64,000 nucleotides of DNA from Pseudomonadota bacterium (lineage in GTDB: Bacteria > Bdellovibrionota_B > Oligoflexia > Oligoflexales > CAIMVM01). The notes beneath the pieces are model-generated. The model had not been told where the DNA came from and ran no database searches. It saw only the letters and a program-made list of their open reading frames with translations. Location of the stretch: contig JBAXBA010000002.1 of NCBI GenBank assembly GCA_037142195.1, positions 1-64,000 on the forward strand. The letters are read 5' to 3'. Both the position numbers and the translations under genes were made by a program. This document shows positions 9,488 to 20,234 of this stretch, in pieces (the stretch's first letter is position 1; each line of letters starts with the position of its first letter).

Positions 9488-10747
9488 TTAGATGCCAAAT
9501 ACTTCATGAAAGAAATTCATTCTTTTCTTAATTTCTTCTTCTAGAACCTTTGAGGTCATCTGCTCAGGAAATCGTTCCTTAAAATCTTGAATCTCGATTG
9601 GCAGTCTTTGATCAAGTGCTGAAAATAGATTCTTTGCCTGCTTTGCTAGGAAATCATCATTAAGTCCTAAGTCTAAAGAAAATTTCTGGAAAGTTCTGGT
9701 TTTGAGTTTAAACCATAGGTTTTGCCCACCAATCTTAAAAGAAAATCTTTGTCCCACTTCCTTATAGATAGATGTGGATAATATGTCATAAAAAGGAGCA
9801 AGTCGGATGCCATTTGTGGTCTGCAAAAATGCTAGATTTTTGGAATGGGAGTCATTATTGCCAATGACCAGATTAAAAAGAAGCCATTTCAAGAGCTGAT
9901 TGAGATCTGGAATGGGGGATGCGCTATAACTTTTAATAAGTTCATAGTTATCTTTAAAAGTAGGTCCTCCCTCGGTTTCATATTTTTTAAGAGAGGTAAA
10001 TCCCTGTGCCTGACAAAAGTCTTGTTGATGAATGCGACATACCTTGCCTTTTTTGTCTATGAATCGGTCGAACCTTTGAGTGATGAAAAGTGGAAACTCC
10101 CCTTCGATAATATCTACATGTGGAACATGGAGACCTACAGCATTAGCAAGTTTCATGCAGAAATATTCGTTATATGGTGTATCGTGTGTAGATTTAAAGT
10201 TTCTTACAGCCGGCTTAATGATATGAGTCGTAGGAGTTCCATCGAGAGGTAGATAAATCTTTTTCTGCTCGTAAATGATAGCAAATTTGTCTTGTGCGCC
10301 AGCTAAAGAAAATTTGCCACCTTCGTGGTTCAAAATCTCATCGGCAAGACTTTTCTTGTCTTTTAAATAACCATAGATTGTAGATAGATTTAGCTCTTTT
10401 CTAGTCAACTTACTTTTGGAGAAAGAGATTTTTTCTGGTCTTATTTTGAAAGCCCCAGCACAATCTCCACCGAACTCCTTTAGAAATCCGAACTCAGTTT
10501 GAATACTGTTCTTGCCGTGTTCCTGGGTAAGAGCTCTTATGTTCCCTTCTGGCAATAGATTCTCAAAAAAGGACTTGGTTACCAAATGTCCAAAGGGCTT
10601 TTCTGAAAGAGGCATTGCGATCGAAAGGGGAAATCTGGATGGGTGTTTTAGCCATGAGGTGTCATATTCAAAACTGAGCCGCTCATCGCCATCAAAAATG
10701 AGAGCCCCTACCTCTAGTTCCTCGCAGTAGACAATAAGCTTATTCAT
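9488..10747 (-). CDS. hipA: HipA family kinase toxin (second copy)
   Basis: FFENLLPEG, FSLAGAQDK, NNDSHSKN, LAPFYD. Confidence 0.93.
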   Translation of the reverse strand: MNKLIVYCEELEVGALIFDGDERLSFEYDTSWLKHPSRFPLSIAMPLSEKPFGHLVTKSFFENLLPEGNIRALTQEHGKNSIQTEFGFLKEFGGDCAGAFKIRPEKISFSKSKLTRKELNLSTIYGYLKDKKSLADEILNHEGGKFSLAGAQDKFAIIYEQKKIYLPLDGTPTTHIIKPAVRNFKSTHDTPYNEYFCMKLANAVGLHVPHVDIIEGEFPLFITQRFDRFIDKKGKVCRIHQQDFCQAQGFTSLKKYETEGGPTFKDNYELIKSYSASPIPDLNQLLKWLLFNLVIGNNDSHSKNLAFLQTTNGIRLAPFYDILSTSIYKEVGQRFSFKIGGQNLWFKLKTRTFQKFSLDLGLNDDFLAKQAKNLFSALDQRLPIEIQDFKERFPEQMTSKVLEEEIKKRMNFFHEVFGI

Positions 10748-10971
10748 TTACTGCCTCTCTTACGAAGAACTAGTTCAAAACCCAAAAGTTTCGCAATCTT
10801 GATTAAGCTTGAAAGTTTTGGGTCATTTTCCTCTTTTTCAAGTTTTACAATCCCTACCCGGGACAGACCCGTGTAAGTGGCAAGATCTTCTTGTGTGACC
10901 TGCATCTCAGAGCGAAGTGCTTTAATAGTCGCTCCTATAGTTTTGGCATCCATTATAATAATTTCTTCCAT
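10744..10971 (-). CDS. hipB: HipB-like XRE HTH antitoxin
   Basis: LRSEMQVTQEDLATYTGLSRVGIVKLEK; ATGA-like overlap with hipA. Confidence 0.88.
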   Translation of the reverse strand: MEEIIIMDAKTIGATIKALRSEMQVTQEDLATYTGLSRVGIVKLEKEENDPKLSSLIKIAKLLGFELVLRKRGSK

Positions 10972-11025
10972 GTGTCCTCCAGTTTACATATGGTAGCACA
11001 TAGCCCGCCCGCCATCAAAAAGAAT

Positions 11026-11084
11026 CCTTCAGTATACTTTTAGGGTGAAAAAATGACTAGTTTCAGTGGAAAGTATACTAAAGG
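11026..11084. promoter_or_regulatory. inverted pair of 15-bp sites upstream of the second hipB
   Basis: CCTTCAGTATACTTT ... AAAGTATACTAAAGG, each containing the palindromic core AGTATACT. Confidence 0.5.
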
Positions 11085-11331
11085 CTACATTTAGCCTAGA
11101 CGACTACTCGAGAAGTATGGAGGCAAAGCAAAATGAAAGTTTGTGAAGATCCGAAAGCTCAAAACTCTCGTGAAGAATCTAGGGCACCATGGCACTTGCG
11201 GCGATCTCATTAGAATCCACTTGAATCATATTTGGTACTTTTGCAGCCAATCCAGATATCATTTTTACTCGTTCAACGGCATCAGGATGGAACTTGATTA
11301 TTCTGGAGTAAACTCTCTCACTATGCACATC

Positions 11332-11598
11332 GAAAACATCAGATTTAAGCAGATCTATCCAAACTCCGTCGGGAAATTGATCCCGCCGCAAAGTAGTCTT
11401 GCCAGTCTGACGAGGCCACAAAGAAATAAAGATCTTTGACTATTGTTTAATAAAAGCCGGCGTTTATAACTCAAAATACCTCCACTTGAAAATTACATGT
11501 ATATTTAAGACGATATTTACTAAACAGGCAACCTTCCTCAAATACTAGACTTTTTCCACTATGTGCCCTTATTTTAAATAGTTGTGATTTCTGCAGCA
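11332..11598 (-). pseudogene. 5' fragment and promoter duplicate of the 37533..38681 AAA gene
   Basis: PRQTGKTTLRRDQFPDGVWIDLLKSDVF matches the 38.6-kb gene; DNA similarity to 38540-38805 continues through the upstream region. Confidence 0.85.
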
Positions 11599-11605
11599 GA
11601 TTCCG

Positions 11606-11915
11606 CTAGTGGAAACTCATGCCGCTCAGAGCCCGTGCAATTTCTACCATCAATTTATAGGCCAACTCTTCTTGAGCAAAGAAGCGCTGAAGAAATCCGT
11701 TCAGCTTCTGGAGCAGATCCATAATTCTATGTCGCCAAAATTCGTTATCTTCGGCAACAGGGAAGGACTGAAATAGAAGAGATTTTAGTGCCAATTCGAT
11801 CGCAAAAAACGCATTCTCTACTGAATTATTAAAGTGCCTATTATTGGATAGAATGACTCCTGCCAACTTTTCTTTCGCATTTCTACTTAATTTCTCGCAT
11901 TTTTTGACTTCCCTC
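11606..11915 (-). pseudogene. truncated duplicate of the HEPN gene (36050..36460)
   Basis: HFNNSVENAFFAIELALKSLLFQ...HRIMDLLQK is near-identical to the 36-kb HEPN; 3' end lost. Upstream similarity continues to about 12430 versus about 36995. Confidence 0.85.
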
Positions 11916-12769
11916 CCCTGTTTCCTCCGGCGCCTTCGGCTATTATGCCTTATTTATATCCTGCATCTCCTTAGACTTCTGAAATCAGCACTCTAAGCTG
12001 TTTTAATTCGATTAAAAGTAAACACAATATTGCTTGCGAAGAACTTTCCAAATACGAATTCTCCAGTTCTACTTACGCCCACAAATTTTAGTTAGGTAAT
12101 GTTTACAAGTCCTTTTTTTTCTTAAAAGATAATGGAGATTGATAGGAATCTCCTTCCAGGAAAAGCCCCCAAATTTTGCTTCATCAATAAAAAGATGCCC
12201 TGGACGCTGGTCTTGGCAATTTTGCAAGTTTAACACCCAGCAGAAAGCTACCAAGATCGTACCTGCGTGAGAAACTAATCGAAGGTAGCATAAAATCCAT
12301 AGTTAAAATACTTCCGACTCTTGAAGGAATAGATCGACTTGAAACACGTCTTCATCCTGCCGATTCACCCGAAACTAGACCTACTATTTCGAAATTTTTT
12401 TCTGCTTCTTGATGAGGATTTGCTAAGTGTAATTCCGTCAAAAAACCGCAAAAATATTTCTTTGAGCATGATGCTTGTAGCTCTTTCAGTAGAATCTAGA
12501 TCTTTGAGATTTGATAGATTTTGAAATATTGAAAGCCGCAAATTGAATCTGAAATTTGCGAGCGGAACAAAAGCTACCAAAATGCACCAAACTCATCTCA
12601 CCTCTCCCGCCTTTGGCAATCTGCCGCAAGAAGGTCTCTGGTTCCCATAGGAAAGTTTCTTAGTTAGCATTTACCAGAAAAAAGAAAGGCGTTTGGAAAT
12701 AGAGTTATGCTTTGTCAAGATCCATAACTATCTGATGGAGTCGTTGGCTTGAATCGACATGGAACAGGT

Positions 12770-13639
12770 CTATGGAAGGTCAGAAGACGATTCTGTTATG
12801 CGGCCAACTGCAACCAGAAATAGATCTAAGTCCCAAGCCTCAAGGCGATCTGTGTCGAAAATAAATGGTCTAATGTCTTCTTTAAGTGCGTTCATGTCTA
12901 TCGTCCTTAGCTTCTGATCTAAAAGATATTTGACTGCAGATAAGGTTAGTGGGTCACTTTCTAAATAGTGACCACTCTGTCTCATCCGCTTTTCAAGATG
13001 GAAAATATTTGGTGCGACTCCTCGACCAACGTACCAAAGGACATCATACCAATCCCTTCCTTTTACATTCTGCACCCTTTGTCGACAAAGTGCGGCGTGC
13101 AATTTACCTGCAAACAGACTAGGCAGATCATAAGTCAAGACACTAAAAGGAATTGGCATAAGAAGCACATTTGCGATAAAGTTAGCCCCTTCTGGCGGAT
13201 CCGTATCCACCTCAAGTTTAATTTTAATCTGCCTATCTCTGTGAGTTTTTGATTTGGAGCCAATATGAATAAGGTGTGTCTGAGTATTACCTTTAATAAA
13301 AGCAGACTCAACGGATGAAAGAGTTGATTTAACTTTTTTTTCCACAGACACCATAAAACCATAGGATTGCAATTCGCTTTTGATGGCATTGAGATAGTCA
13401 TCCAGCCGGAAATTCTCATGTTTTTTGGTCAGTGAGAAGTCAATATCTTCAGAGAATCTGTCAAGTCCATAAAAGATGCGAAGTGCAGTTTCTCCGTAAA
13501 AGGCTGCATGTTCAAAAAATTTTGATCGCCACAGACCAAGAAGAGCAACTTCTTGTATGACTTCTTTAAGTGCTCTTTCTTCCTCGTCTAGGCTTCTCGC
13601 TTTATATTTGCTAAGCATAGATAAAATAGCTGAGTTCAT
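12770..13639 (-). CDS. AbiEii/AbiGii nucleotidyltransferase toxin (DUF1814-type), GGT motif altered to GET
   Basis: AAFYGETALRIFYGLDRFSEDIDF, KIKLEVD, AGKLHA, KGRDWYD. Confidence 0.88.
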   Translation of the reverse strand: MNSAILSMLSKYKARSLDEEERALKEVIQEVALLGLWRSKFFEHAAFYGETALRIFYGLDRFSEDIDFSLTKKHENFRLDDYLNAIKSELQSYGFMVSVEKKVKSTLSSVESAFIKGNTQTHLIHIGSKSKTHRDRQIKIKLEVDTDPPEGANFIANVLLMPIPFSVLTYDLPSLFAGKLHAALCRQRVQNVKGRDWYDVLWYVGRGVAPNIFHLEKRMRQSGHYLESDPLTLSAVKYLLDQKLRTIDMNALKEDIRPFIFDTDRLEAWDLDLFLVAVGRITESSSDLP

Positions 13640-14265
13640 TTCAGTTTCCTTATGCAGTTGGCAAGTTCGGCGCCTAAGGGCAACTTGCTTACAAGTGATA
13701 AGTCTTTTAGCTTCCCTAGGGAAAGCTTTTTTAGCGCGCTTTCATCCAATCGCAGATCTGTAATCAGAAGATCGAGAGTTGGCACCAAACTTTCTAGATT
13801 GCTACCTAATCGATATTTTACAAAATCAAACAAAGCTTTTTCAGGAGTTGCCAAAAGGGCAAACCTCTCTTGATCTATCGCAATGCGACCCATCCCTGCG
13901 GCATACAAATTTGCATTTTGGAAAAAGTATTCAAATTCTCCAATTGGCGTTTTAAAGTGCTTTTTGCGCCCTGTCGTAACACTCCAAACCGCAACAGGAG
14001 CTTCAGGGATGAGCCCATAATGAGAAAGTGCTGATGCATAGGAAACATAAGATGGACCAAATATAAGATTGGCCAAAATAAGCCGTGAAAATGGCTTCTT
14101 AAATTGGGGACCTGGAATATAGAGCCCTTTTTTTACCCTAACGATCTCCTCAGAGTTCAGCAACCTACGAATCCGTCCCCACGGATCAGAATACCCGGAC
14201 AATTTATTCATCAAATAAACATAATCAAATTCGTTGGGTATGTCTTCACCGGGACTAAAAAGCAC
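13636..14265 (-). CDS. AbiEi-type antitoxin/transcriptional regulator
   Basis: IVRVKKGLY, PSYVSYASALSHYGLIPE, ATPEKALFD; ATGA coupling to the toxin. Confidence 0.88.
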   Translation of the reverse strand: MLFSPGEDIPNEFDYVYLMNKLSGYSDPWGRIRRLLNSEEIVRVKKGLYIPGPQFKKPFSRLILANLIFGPSYVSYASALSHYGLIPEAPVAVWSVTTGRKKHFKTPIGEFEYFFQNANLYAAGMGRIAIDQERFALLATPEKALFDFVKYRLGSNLESLVPTLDLLITDLRLDESALKKLSLGKLKDLSLVSKLPLGAELANCIRKLK

Positions 14266-14275
14266 AAGAAATATC

Positions 14276-14310
14276 CTCCAGTATCTGTTATTTTACACCA
14301 GATACTGGAG
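14276..14310. promoter_or_regulatory. 12-bp perfect inverted repeat, AbiEi operator candidate
   Basis: CTCCAGTATCTG-N11-CAGATACTGGAG immediately upstream of the antitoxin start. Confidence 0.7.
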
Positions 14311-14447
14311 ATAAATCAATCCTTCTTTCGGCTTGCTTTATACTGACAAAAATGAGGCTGTCAGCCTCTTCCCCAAACTGCGTGACACTCTTTTTTCTAG
14401 CGGCCATTTAGCTTCCGACCTTACGGGCGAGATACTATCCTAGTTTA

Positions 14448-14695
14448 TTAAGATGACTTTTTCTTTGGCCGGCTTGATTTGACATGATCCAAAAGCACCA
14501 TCCGCAGATACGGCTGGGAACCAAGGCCTTTCTCGCTAGCTAAACTTTTGAGCTGGGCGATAAGCTGCTTCGGTAATCGTACGGATATCACTTGAAGGCC
14601 CTTGGCCTCATCCATTTCTAGTTCCCTTTCGGAACTTATGGATTTAGCGTGTAGAGCGTCCGCACCTAACTCCCGCGACTCCCACTTCTCAACTG
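14448..14695 (-). pseudogene. 5'-truncated duplicate of the CopG-type antitoxin at 40976..41266
   Basis: VEKWESRELGADA...LQVISVRLPKQLIAQLKSLA...YLRMVLLDHVKSS is nearly identical; the N-terminus is replaced by unrelated repeat DNA and no toxin is present. Confidence 0.75.
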
Positions 14696-14952
14696 CATAT
14701 TTCGGTGCAAGCCGGTCACTCAGGAAGGACCTTACTGAAGAAGGCCCCAAGCAAAACCTCGGGCAGATAATGACCTAACTATTCGTTCGTATGAGGAATT
14801 AATCACAAAAATATCGGCTATATTTGCAAGAATATATGAGATCATTTTTCTCTCACAGCTACACTAAAATGGACTACGTCGGAGAGCAACAAAAAGAGAG
14901 ACGTTTGGACGTAGAGCTGAACTATGCCAAAATACAACTTTTCCAAAACTAC

Positions 14953-15453
14953 TTACGCAGCAGAGGAGAATCTTAAGTCACTCAGTTGCTTCAGGAAGAG
15001 TTCATCGGAATCTATTACGAGAACGCTTTCATCACCCAACATCTTCCTAGTGGAACCAGCTTGGGCGAGCTCCATCGCCAAGCGCTCTAAAGCAAGCATA
15101 GCTTGAGATTTTGATATTTCCTGTTCCGAACGTAGAATCTTAGATACTTTTGATTTTTGACACCCCACAAGTAGGCCAAATTCAACTTGATTTACTTTAA
15201 GAAAGACCATAATCGCTCGGACTTTGCTGGCACTGATGGTAAAATCTGTCTCTTGAATTGCCTTACGATAATTTAGCTTTAAAAAACTAAGAACCGCCAA
15301 TTGATTTAAACGATGAATTTCTGATGCTGCAAGAGATCTACGACATTTTTCGGAAATCCCCACTTCTACATCATCCACGACAATCGTTCCAAGAGGATGC
15401 TTATACTCATATTTAGATTCTTTAACGCGCTTTAACATGTTCTCTTTCTCCAA
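14953..15453 (-). CDS. MqsA-like antitoxin (degenerate Zn-ribbon + XRE HTH)
   Basis: GTIVVDDVEVGISEKC N-terminus; VRAIMVFLKVNQVEFGLLVGCQKSKVSKI HTH; overlaps the upstream small gene. Confidence 0.65.
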   Translation of the reverse strand: MEKENMLKRVKESKYEYKHPLGTIVVDDVEVGISEKCRRSLAASEIHRLNQLAVLSFLKLNYRKAIQETDFTISASKVRAIMVFLKVNQVEFGLLVGCQKSKVSKILRSEQEISKSQAMLALERLAMELAQAGSTRKMLGDESVLVIDSDELFLKQLSDLRFSSAA

Positions 15454-15736
15454 CAGAAACTACGAGAATAAGCTGCCCTCTATCGTCTTCCTCAAACTGG
15501 ACGACAAGCCTAACCGCATTTCCAAGTACATCCTTAGTTCTCCAGTAAAACCTCTCGCCTAAAAAATTTAGATCCCTGGTATCCTGAAATCTTCCCGGCC
15601 CTTTAACAAGCGAAAAAACTTCGGCCACCGACCATGCACGCTCTGGATGGTCAAGCAAAACATGCTCTTCGCAGACTTCAATTCGGTTTTCAGCACGCAA
15701 CTTAAAAAATAACCTTTTTGCTTCGGTAAGTTTCAC
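15422..15736 (-). CDS. putative DUF4258/BrnT-like toxin
   Basis: 104 aa, EHVLLDHPERAWSVAEV...RLVVQF...LILVVSV pattern; upstream of an HTH antitoxin in toxin-antitoxin order. Confidence 0.55.
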   Translation of the reverse strand: MKLTEAKRLFFKLRAENRIEVCEEHVLLDHPERAWSVAEVFSLVKGPGRFQDTRDLNFLGERFYWRTKDVLGNAVRLVVQFEEDDRGQLILVVSVGEREHVKAR

Positions 15737-16230
15737 CCTCTTCCCTTTCTACAAGAATCTCTTCGGAGTGTCCACAGGAAACCTTTAAATGCATGCTAAT
15801 CTGCTGTCATAAAACGGCAAAAAACACTTGGAAGCGTCTTTCCTTCCAGCAATCGACCCTCCCTTTCGATGGATGCATTCAGATAAAAATTGGGAGGCTA
15901 AACCTGGACAAACTCATCAAGTCGTCAAGTCGTCAAGTCGAGTAAAATATCGCTACCTGAGACCAGGTTAAATGATGAAAATTTTTAAAAAAAAGAGGCG
16001 GCATTTATATCAAAAAGAAAAGAAGCGACGGTGAGTGAGTCTACCGCTATGACTTTAGTCAAGAGGGCCTGTTGGATAGGTGTTGCCCATTCAGATGCTC
16101 TTTCATTCAAAGCGTTAGGTTGCCTCAATTCATTCGGCCCTTATTGAGGAGAATTTGATGATTCCATCACGGTGTTTGTTATCGTCTCCTAGGATAGGAT
16201 TGCACAGGCCCATCCGACTTTGCTCCGCCC

Positions 16231-16613
16231 AAAACCATCCCTTCCAAAATTTAGTTCCAAATTCGGAATCTTCACGCTCTAGAGACTGTAATCGAAGAAG
16301 CACCTATGATTTTTTAAAAACTCTAAAACCATCTTTTTTATATCCCAGAATCCCTCTCTTCATAAACAGTTAAAATATTTAGGAAGTCACTTTGGGAAAT
16401 CTCGTGAGAATCTACGTCCCAAAGATTTGATGATTTTTTTAGTCATGGGTCGCCCCATCAAGACTCCTCAAACATCACCCGCTCGAAAGTTATTATTTTG
16501 GTCGAACGGCTTCTTACCTTCTCCGCTCAGTGCTGATTTAACTCCGACAAGCTCTCCCAGTCCCAAAAGAGTAACCACCATCAATGGGCATTCCCTCTCC
16601 CTCATGAAATAAC
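16231..16613 (+). repeat. degenerate repeat R copy 2
   Basis: atgatttttt...tatcccagaa...taaaatattt...gtcccaaagatttgatgatttttt.agtcatg...ccccatcaagactcctc...gctcgaaagtta, shared with 21781-21942, 23705-24015, 38889-39080 and 41732-42065. Confidence 0.85.
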
Positions 16614-16983
16614 AATGCGATCCGTAAAATCATGTTAGAAGCTGCCATTAAACGCGGCGTTTTACCCTGGCAAATAAGCTTGAAAACCAAGGTCCAAACA
16701 ATCAATCACTACTCAAACCTTTGGCGATGCGAGAATATCTGTAAAGACAAAGTATATGCCTTTATGCTAGCGGCTATCGGCAACAAATTGGTAGGGAATC
16801 GTCCTGGTCGATCTGAGCCCAGAAAAAGGAAACGAAGACCAAAACCCTCTAAAATTCTACATTGCAAAAGAAATGCTACTCGGGTAGATGCAGTGCCTGT
16901 ACGCAAAAACCTAGAAAACCTGCAGTTAAAATTCGCTCAAACCAATGCGCAGTAAAGACGACGCGCTTAACCTAGTGCCATTG
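16612..16983 (+). mobile_element. IS4-family transposase C-terminal remnant with right terminal inverted repeat
   Basis: NAIRKIMLEAA...PWQISLK...VGNRPGRSEPRKRKRRPK is typical of IS4-family C-termini; CTTAACCTAGTGCCATTG at 16966-16983 resembles IS4-type ends. Confidence 0.7.
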
Positions 16984-17066
16984 AGTTAATAACTTAGTCA
17001 CAATTGAATAAAGAAGTCGCATTCCCGCAAACAAAAGTACGGAGCTAAATTCAGAGATTTCAAATT

Positions 17067-18398
17067 TTACTTCTTAATGTATTTCGTATTCTTGCCTTGT
17101 CCTATTCGCTGAAGAATTCCCCGGCTTACGAGTTCAGACAAGGTGAAAGAAGCAGTTCGATCAGAAACTCCAGCAAGAACTAAATCGCGCTTATTTACTT
17201 CGATTTTTTCCTGGAGAATCGCTAGAGCGGTTTCGACAGGCGATATCTGAGCTGAAAATACTTTTTTTCGGAACAGTATCACCTTAAAGCTCTTTGCCTG
17301 TTCCAAAAAGTTGGGATGCTGCAGATGGGCTGCTGCCAGGGCTCTTCTTGCTTCAAGAATTCCACTTCCAAGTTTTTCCATGAGCCTCAATTTACGTGCG
17401 AATTTTGTAATATGAATATTTCGAATCTGACTAGTACCATCACCTAAACTCTGAGCATAAATCGATGGCGGTAGCTCCCCTGGACTAAAGATTTCCAGTC
17501 GATCGTCGAAAATAGCAATTTTGACTGGACCAGCAATATTGTATTTTCTGTGAATTAGCGCGTTCAAAATCAGCCCCCTAAGCGCTAGCTCAGGAAAACA
17601 TTCTTCTGGCCCGAATTTAACATGGTTCCTCAAGGTATAGTTAGAAGAGGTATATTCATTAATAAGCGAAATGGCCTCGTTCGACATCTTTCCCAAATTT
17701 CCAGATAAATCATGTGACCTCACTATATCTCTGCCTGTGATTCCTCTAAATTTAGTGACAATAATTTCACTCTCGGGAACAAAACGTTGTGGCTCTAATC
17801 CGTATACCATTAGCGCAGCCAGTGTCGGATAGTAGTCACCTGAAATGTCCTTGGCCAATACTCCCTCTCGTTCTAGATCTTTTTCAGAATACCCAGAGTA
17901 GATCTTTTTTAGCAGAGTCTGGTCTAAGTCTTTGATGCTTGCTTCATGAGAAGGAACTCGTGCGTCAAAGGGCTTCTCAAATGCTTGGAGCAGGAGGAGT
18001 TCTTTAAGGTCGTCCTCGGCTGGGCGAAGGGTTGAACGACCTGAACGAACATATACTCCTTGTGTAGATCCCTCGCTTTTCAAGAAATAGGGCTTGGCAT
18101 TTCCCTGACTGACTTGTACTTCGAGAATATTTTTTCCCTATATATTTCTTACCAAAAGATTAGGAATAAGAAATGGATAAATAGATTGCGCGATTGTATT
18201 GCTGAACTCTTCCAAGAAATGATTTAGATCGTCATCACCTATCCCAACAATCTCACCGTCGTCCGAGACGCCTATAAATATGCTGCCACCTGATGTATTT
18301 GCAAATGCGGCACAAGTCTTAAGGATTCCAGCTGAGGGCGTAAAATCTCGTTTGAATTCGCAATTTTTTCCCTCTGCATTAGGCATTAAAAATGTCAT
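17067..18398 (-). pseudogene. Schlafen/AlbA_2 - HATPase/RecG C-terminal - wHTH protein split by one in-frame TAG
   Basis: ORFs 18138..18398 (EFKR, AFANTSGGSIFIGVSDDG) and 17067..18083 (NALIHRKY, IFDDRLEIFSPG, MEKLGSG) are in one frame: NLLVRNI-TAG-GKNILEVQVSQGNAKPYFL. Confidence 0.85.
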
Positions 18399-18441
18399 AG
18401 TCTGTTCTCCGAGAAATAGAGATTTTTTTTGTACGCGAGGC

Positions 18442-18499
18442 CATACCCCGGATCGCGCAATTCACGCAAGCATACCCCGGATCGCGCAATTCACGTAAG
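18442..18499. repeat. 29-bp tandem repeat x2 upstream of the first Schlafen gene
   Basis: CATACCCCGGATCGCGCAATTCACG(C/T)AAG twice. Confidence 0.9.
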
Positions 18500-18682
18500 T
18501 ATGCCCGCAGGGTAAAATCGGACTTTTTAAAATATCAATGGTTTCAGTATATTAAACCATCTTAAACTAAGTTCTTTACACTCGGTAGATTGCCATTCGA
18601 TATTTGGCCGCATTTAAATGCTAATTCTTAAATCGCGATGGATGGCTTTTGCGCGGCGCTGAGACCGAACGTTTGAGGCGTC

Positions 18683-19855
18683 TCAGAAATATTTATCAAA
18701 TCCACCTTTCCACAAGACTTCGATAAAATCTCGGTAATAGTAGTTTTCTACATCTCCATAGGGACTGAGCTTTGTGATAGTATCTCGAGATACAACTATT
18801 GCCTTTCTTATTTTTGGCTCTATTTTTAAAAGCGAGCTGATGCTTTTAAAATGCCTGCTATTGAGGCGTTCGCTTGATTTTACCTCGATAGCAAAGGTCT
18901 CACCTAAAATAAAATCTACTTCTGATCCAGATTTCGTCCTCCAATAATTCAAACTAAGATTCAATTTTCTCGTATATGAAATGTAAGCTCGGAGCTCTAG
19001 TGCAATAAGTTGCTCAAATTGATCGCCAAATTCCTTTGATTCTAGTTCGAGTGTAGAAAAACCTGCTAGATAATAGGAGACTCCACAATCAAAAAAATAG
19101 AATTTTGCCGTTGCTACTTGCTTTCGGCTTTTTAAACTATGTGCCGGCTCAACTTCAAATGCGATTAAAGTGTCTTTAAGAATCTGAAAATACTCTTTCG
19201 CCGTTGGACCACTAACCCCAGCGTCCGATGCAAATTGGGCATAGTTGACTTGTTGTCCATTGCAGAGAGCCGCACTTTTTAAAAATCGAGAAAAGGATTG
19301 TAGCTGTCGAATCTCGGATTCTCTTTGAATTTCTTCTTTCAAATACTCGCCACAATAGGCAGCAAGCTCTTCAAGAGGTTCGTCGGATAAGAAAGTCATG
19401 GGAAGACTTCCAAACTGTAATACTCGATTCAAGTCAAAATCATTTCCAACCTCATGTATAGTCAAGGGGAAAAGTTCGGCTCTTCTTGCTCTCCCACCAA
19501 GTAAATTAGATTGATTTTTAAATAGCTTTCGAGCACTGCTACCTGTTAATAGAAAATGAAGCTTTGAGTCGATAGAGACTAATCGATGCACCTCATTGAG
19601 AATATCAGGGATTCTTTGTACCTCATCAATGACCACTAATTTTTTGTCCGCTATCATTTGGCTAAGGTAAGTATTGTCTTGGAGTAGCCTCTGGTAAACT
19701 CTATCGTCCAAAAGATTTATAAGACAAAAGTCTTCACCGGCGAAACAATCTGCGATGAGCGTGGATTTGCCAGTACCTCTTGCACCAAAAAGAAAGTGGC
19801 TTCTTTTTTTCAATAGTTCAAGTAGGTTAACGGACCTTTGGAATTTTCTAGTCAT
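18683..19855 (-). CDS. AAA_14 + DUF4143 ATPase
   Basis: GARGTGKS, VIDEVQR, LTGSSARKL, KFYFFDCG, EVDF...IEVKS. Confidence 0.9.
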   Translation of the reverse strand: MTRKFQRSVNLLELLKKRSHFLFGARGTGKSTLIADCFAGEDFCLINLLDDRVYQRLLQDNTYLSQMIADKKLVVIDEVQRIPDILNEVHRLVSIDSKLHFLLTGSSARKLFKNQSNLLGGRARRAELFPLTIHEVGNDFDLNRVLQFGSLPMTFLSDEPLEELAAYCGEYLKEEIQRESEIRQLQSFSRFLKSAALCNGQQVNYAQFASDAGVSGPTAKEYFQILKDTLIAFEVEPAHSLKSRKQVATAKFYFFDCGVSYYLAGFSTLELESKEFGDQFEQLIALELRAYISYTRKLNLSLNYWRTKSGSEVDFILGETFAIEVKSSERLNSRHFKSISSLLKIEPKIRKAIVVSRDTITKLSPYGDVENYYYRDFIEVLWKGGFDKYF

Positions 19856-20234
19856 ATATAAACCTCTACTTTAGATTATAGGGCAAATAATAAACTTTGG
19901 GTTTACTATTTTGCAAGATCATAAATGAGAACCTCTAATTCTTGGTTGATTATCAGGCAAGTACATGAATTTACTTAGTTTTTTATAGGCCCTGCTTTGA
20001 AGACAATCAGTTGGGTAAAGCATGAGTAGAATCCTTATGGACTACCAAGATTTAAAAAGTCCCGACCTTTTTGGAGTACGGTGTAAAATAGGCGTATTGG
20101 GTTTTAAATCCCGTTAAATAAAAAGCTATTTGCGCTATATAGCGGTTCAAACCTATCGAAATCGCCACATGAAACTTATACAAACCTTTGTATGTGCTTT
20201 TTGTACATTTCCCACTTCTTCGATGCTAGGGACA

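Noticed and set aside
15917..15940. (TCAAGTCG)x3 microsatellite
   Set aside because: Intergenic, short, and not clearly within a promoter or ORF; no support for phase variation.
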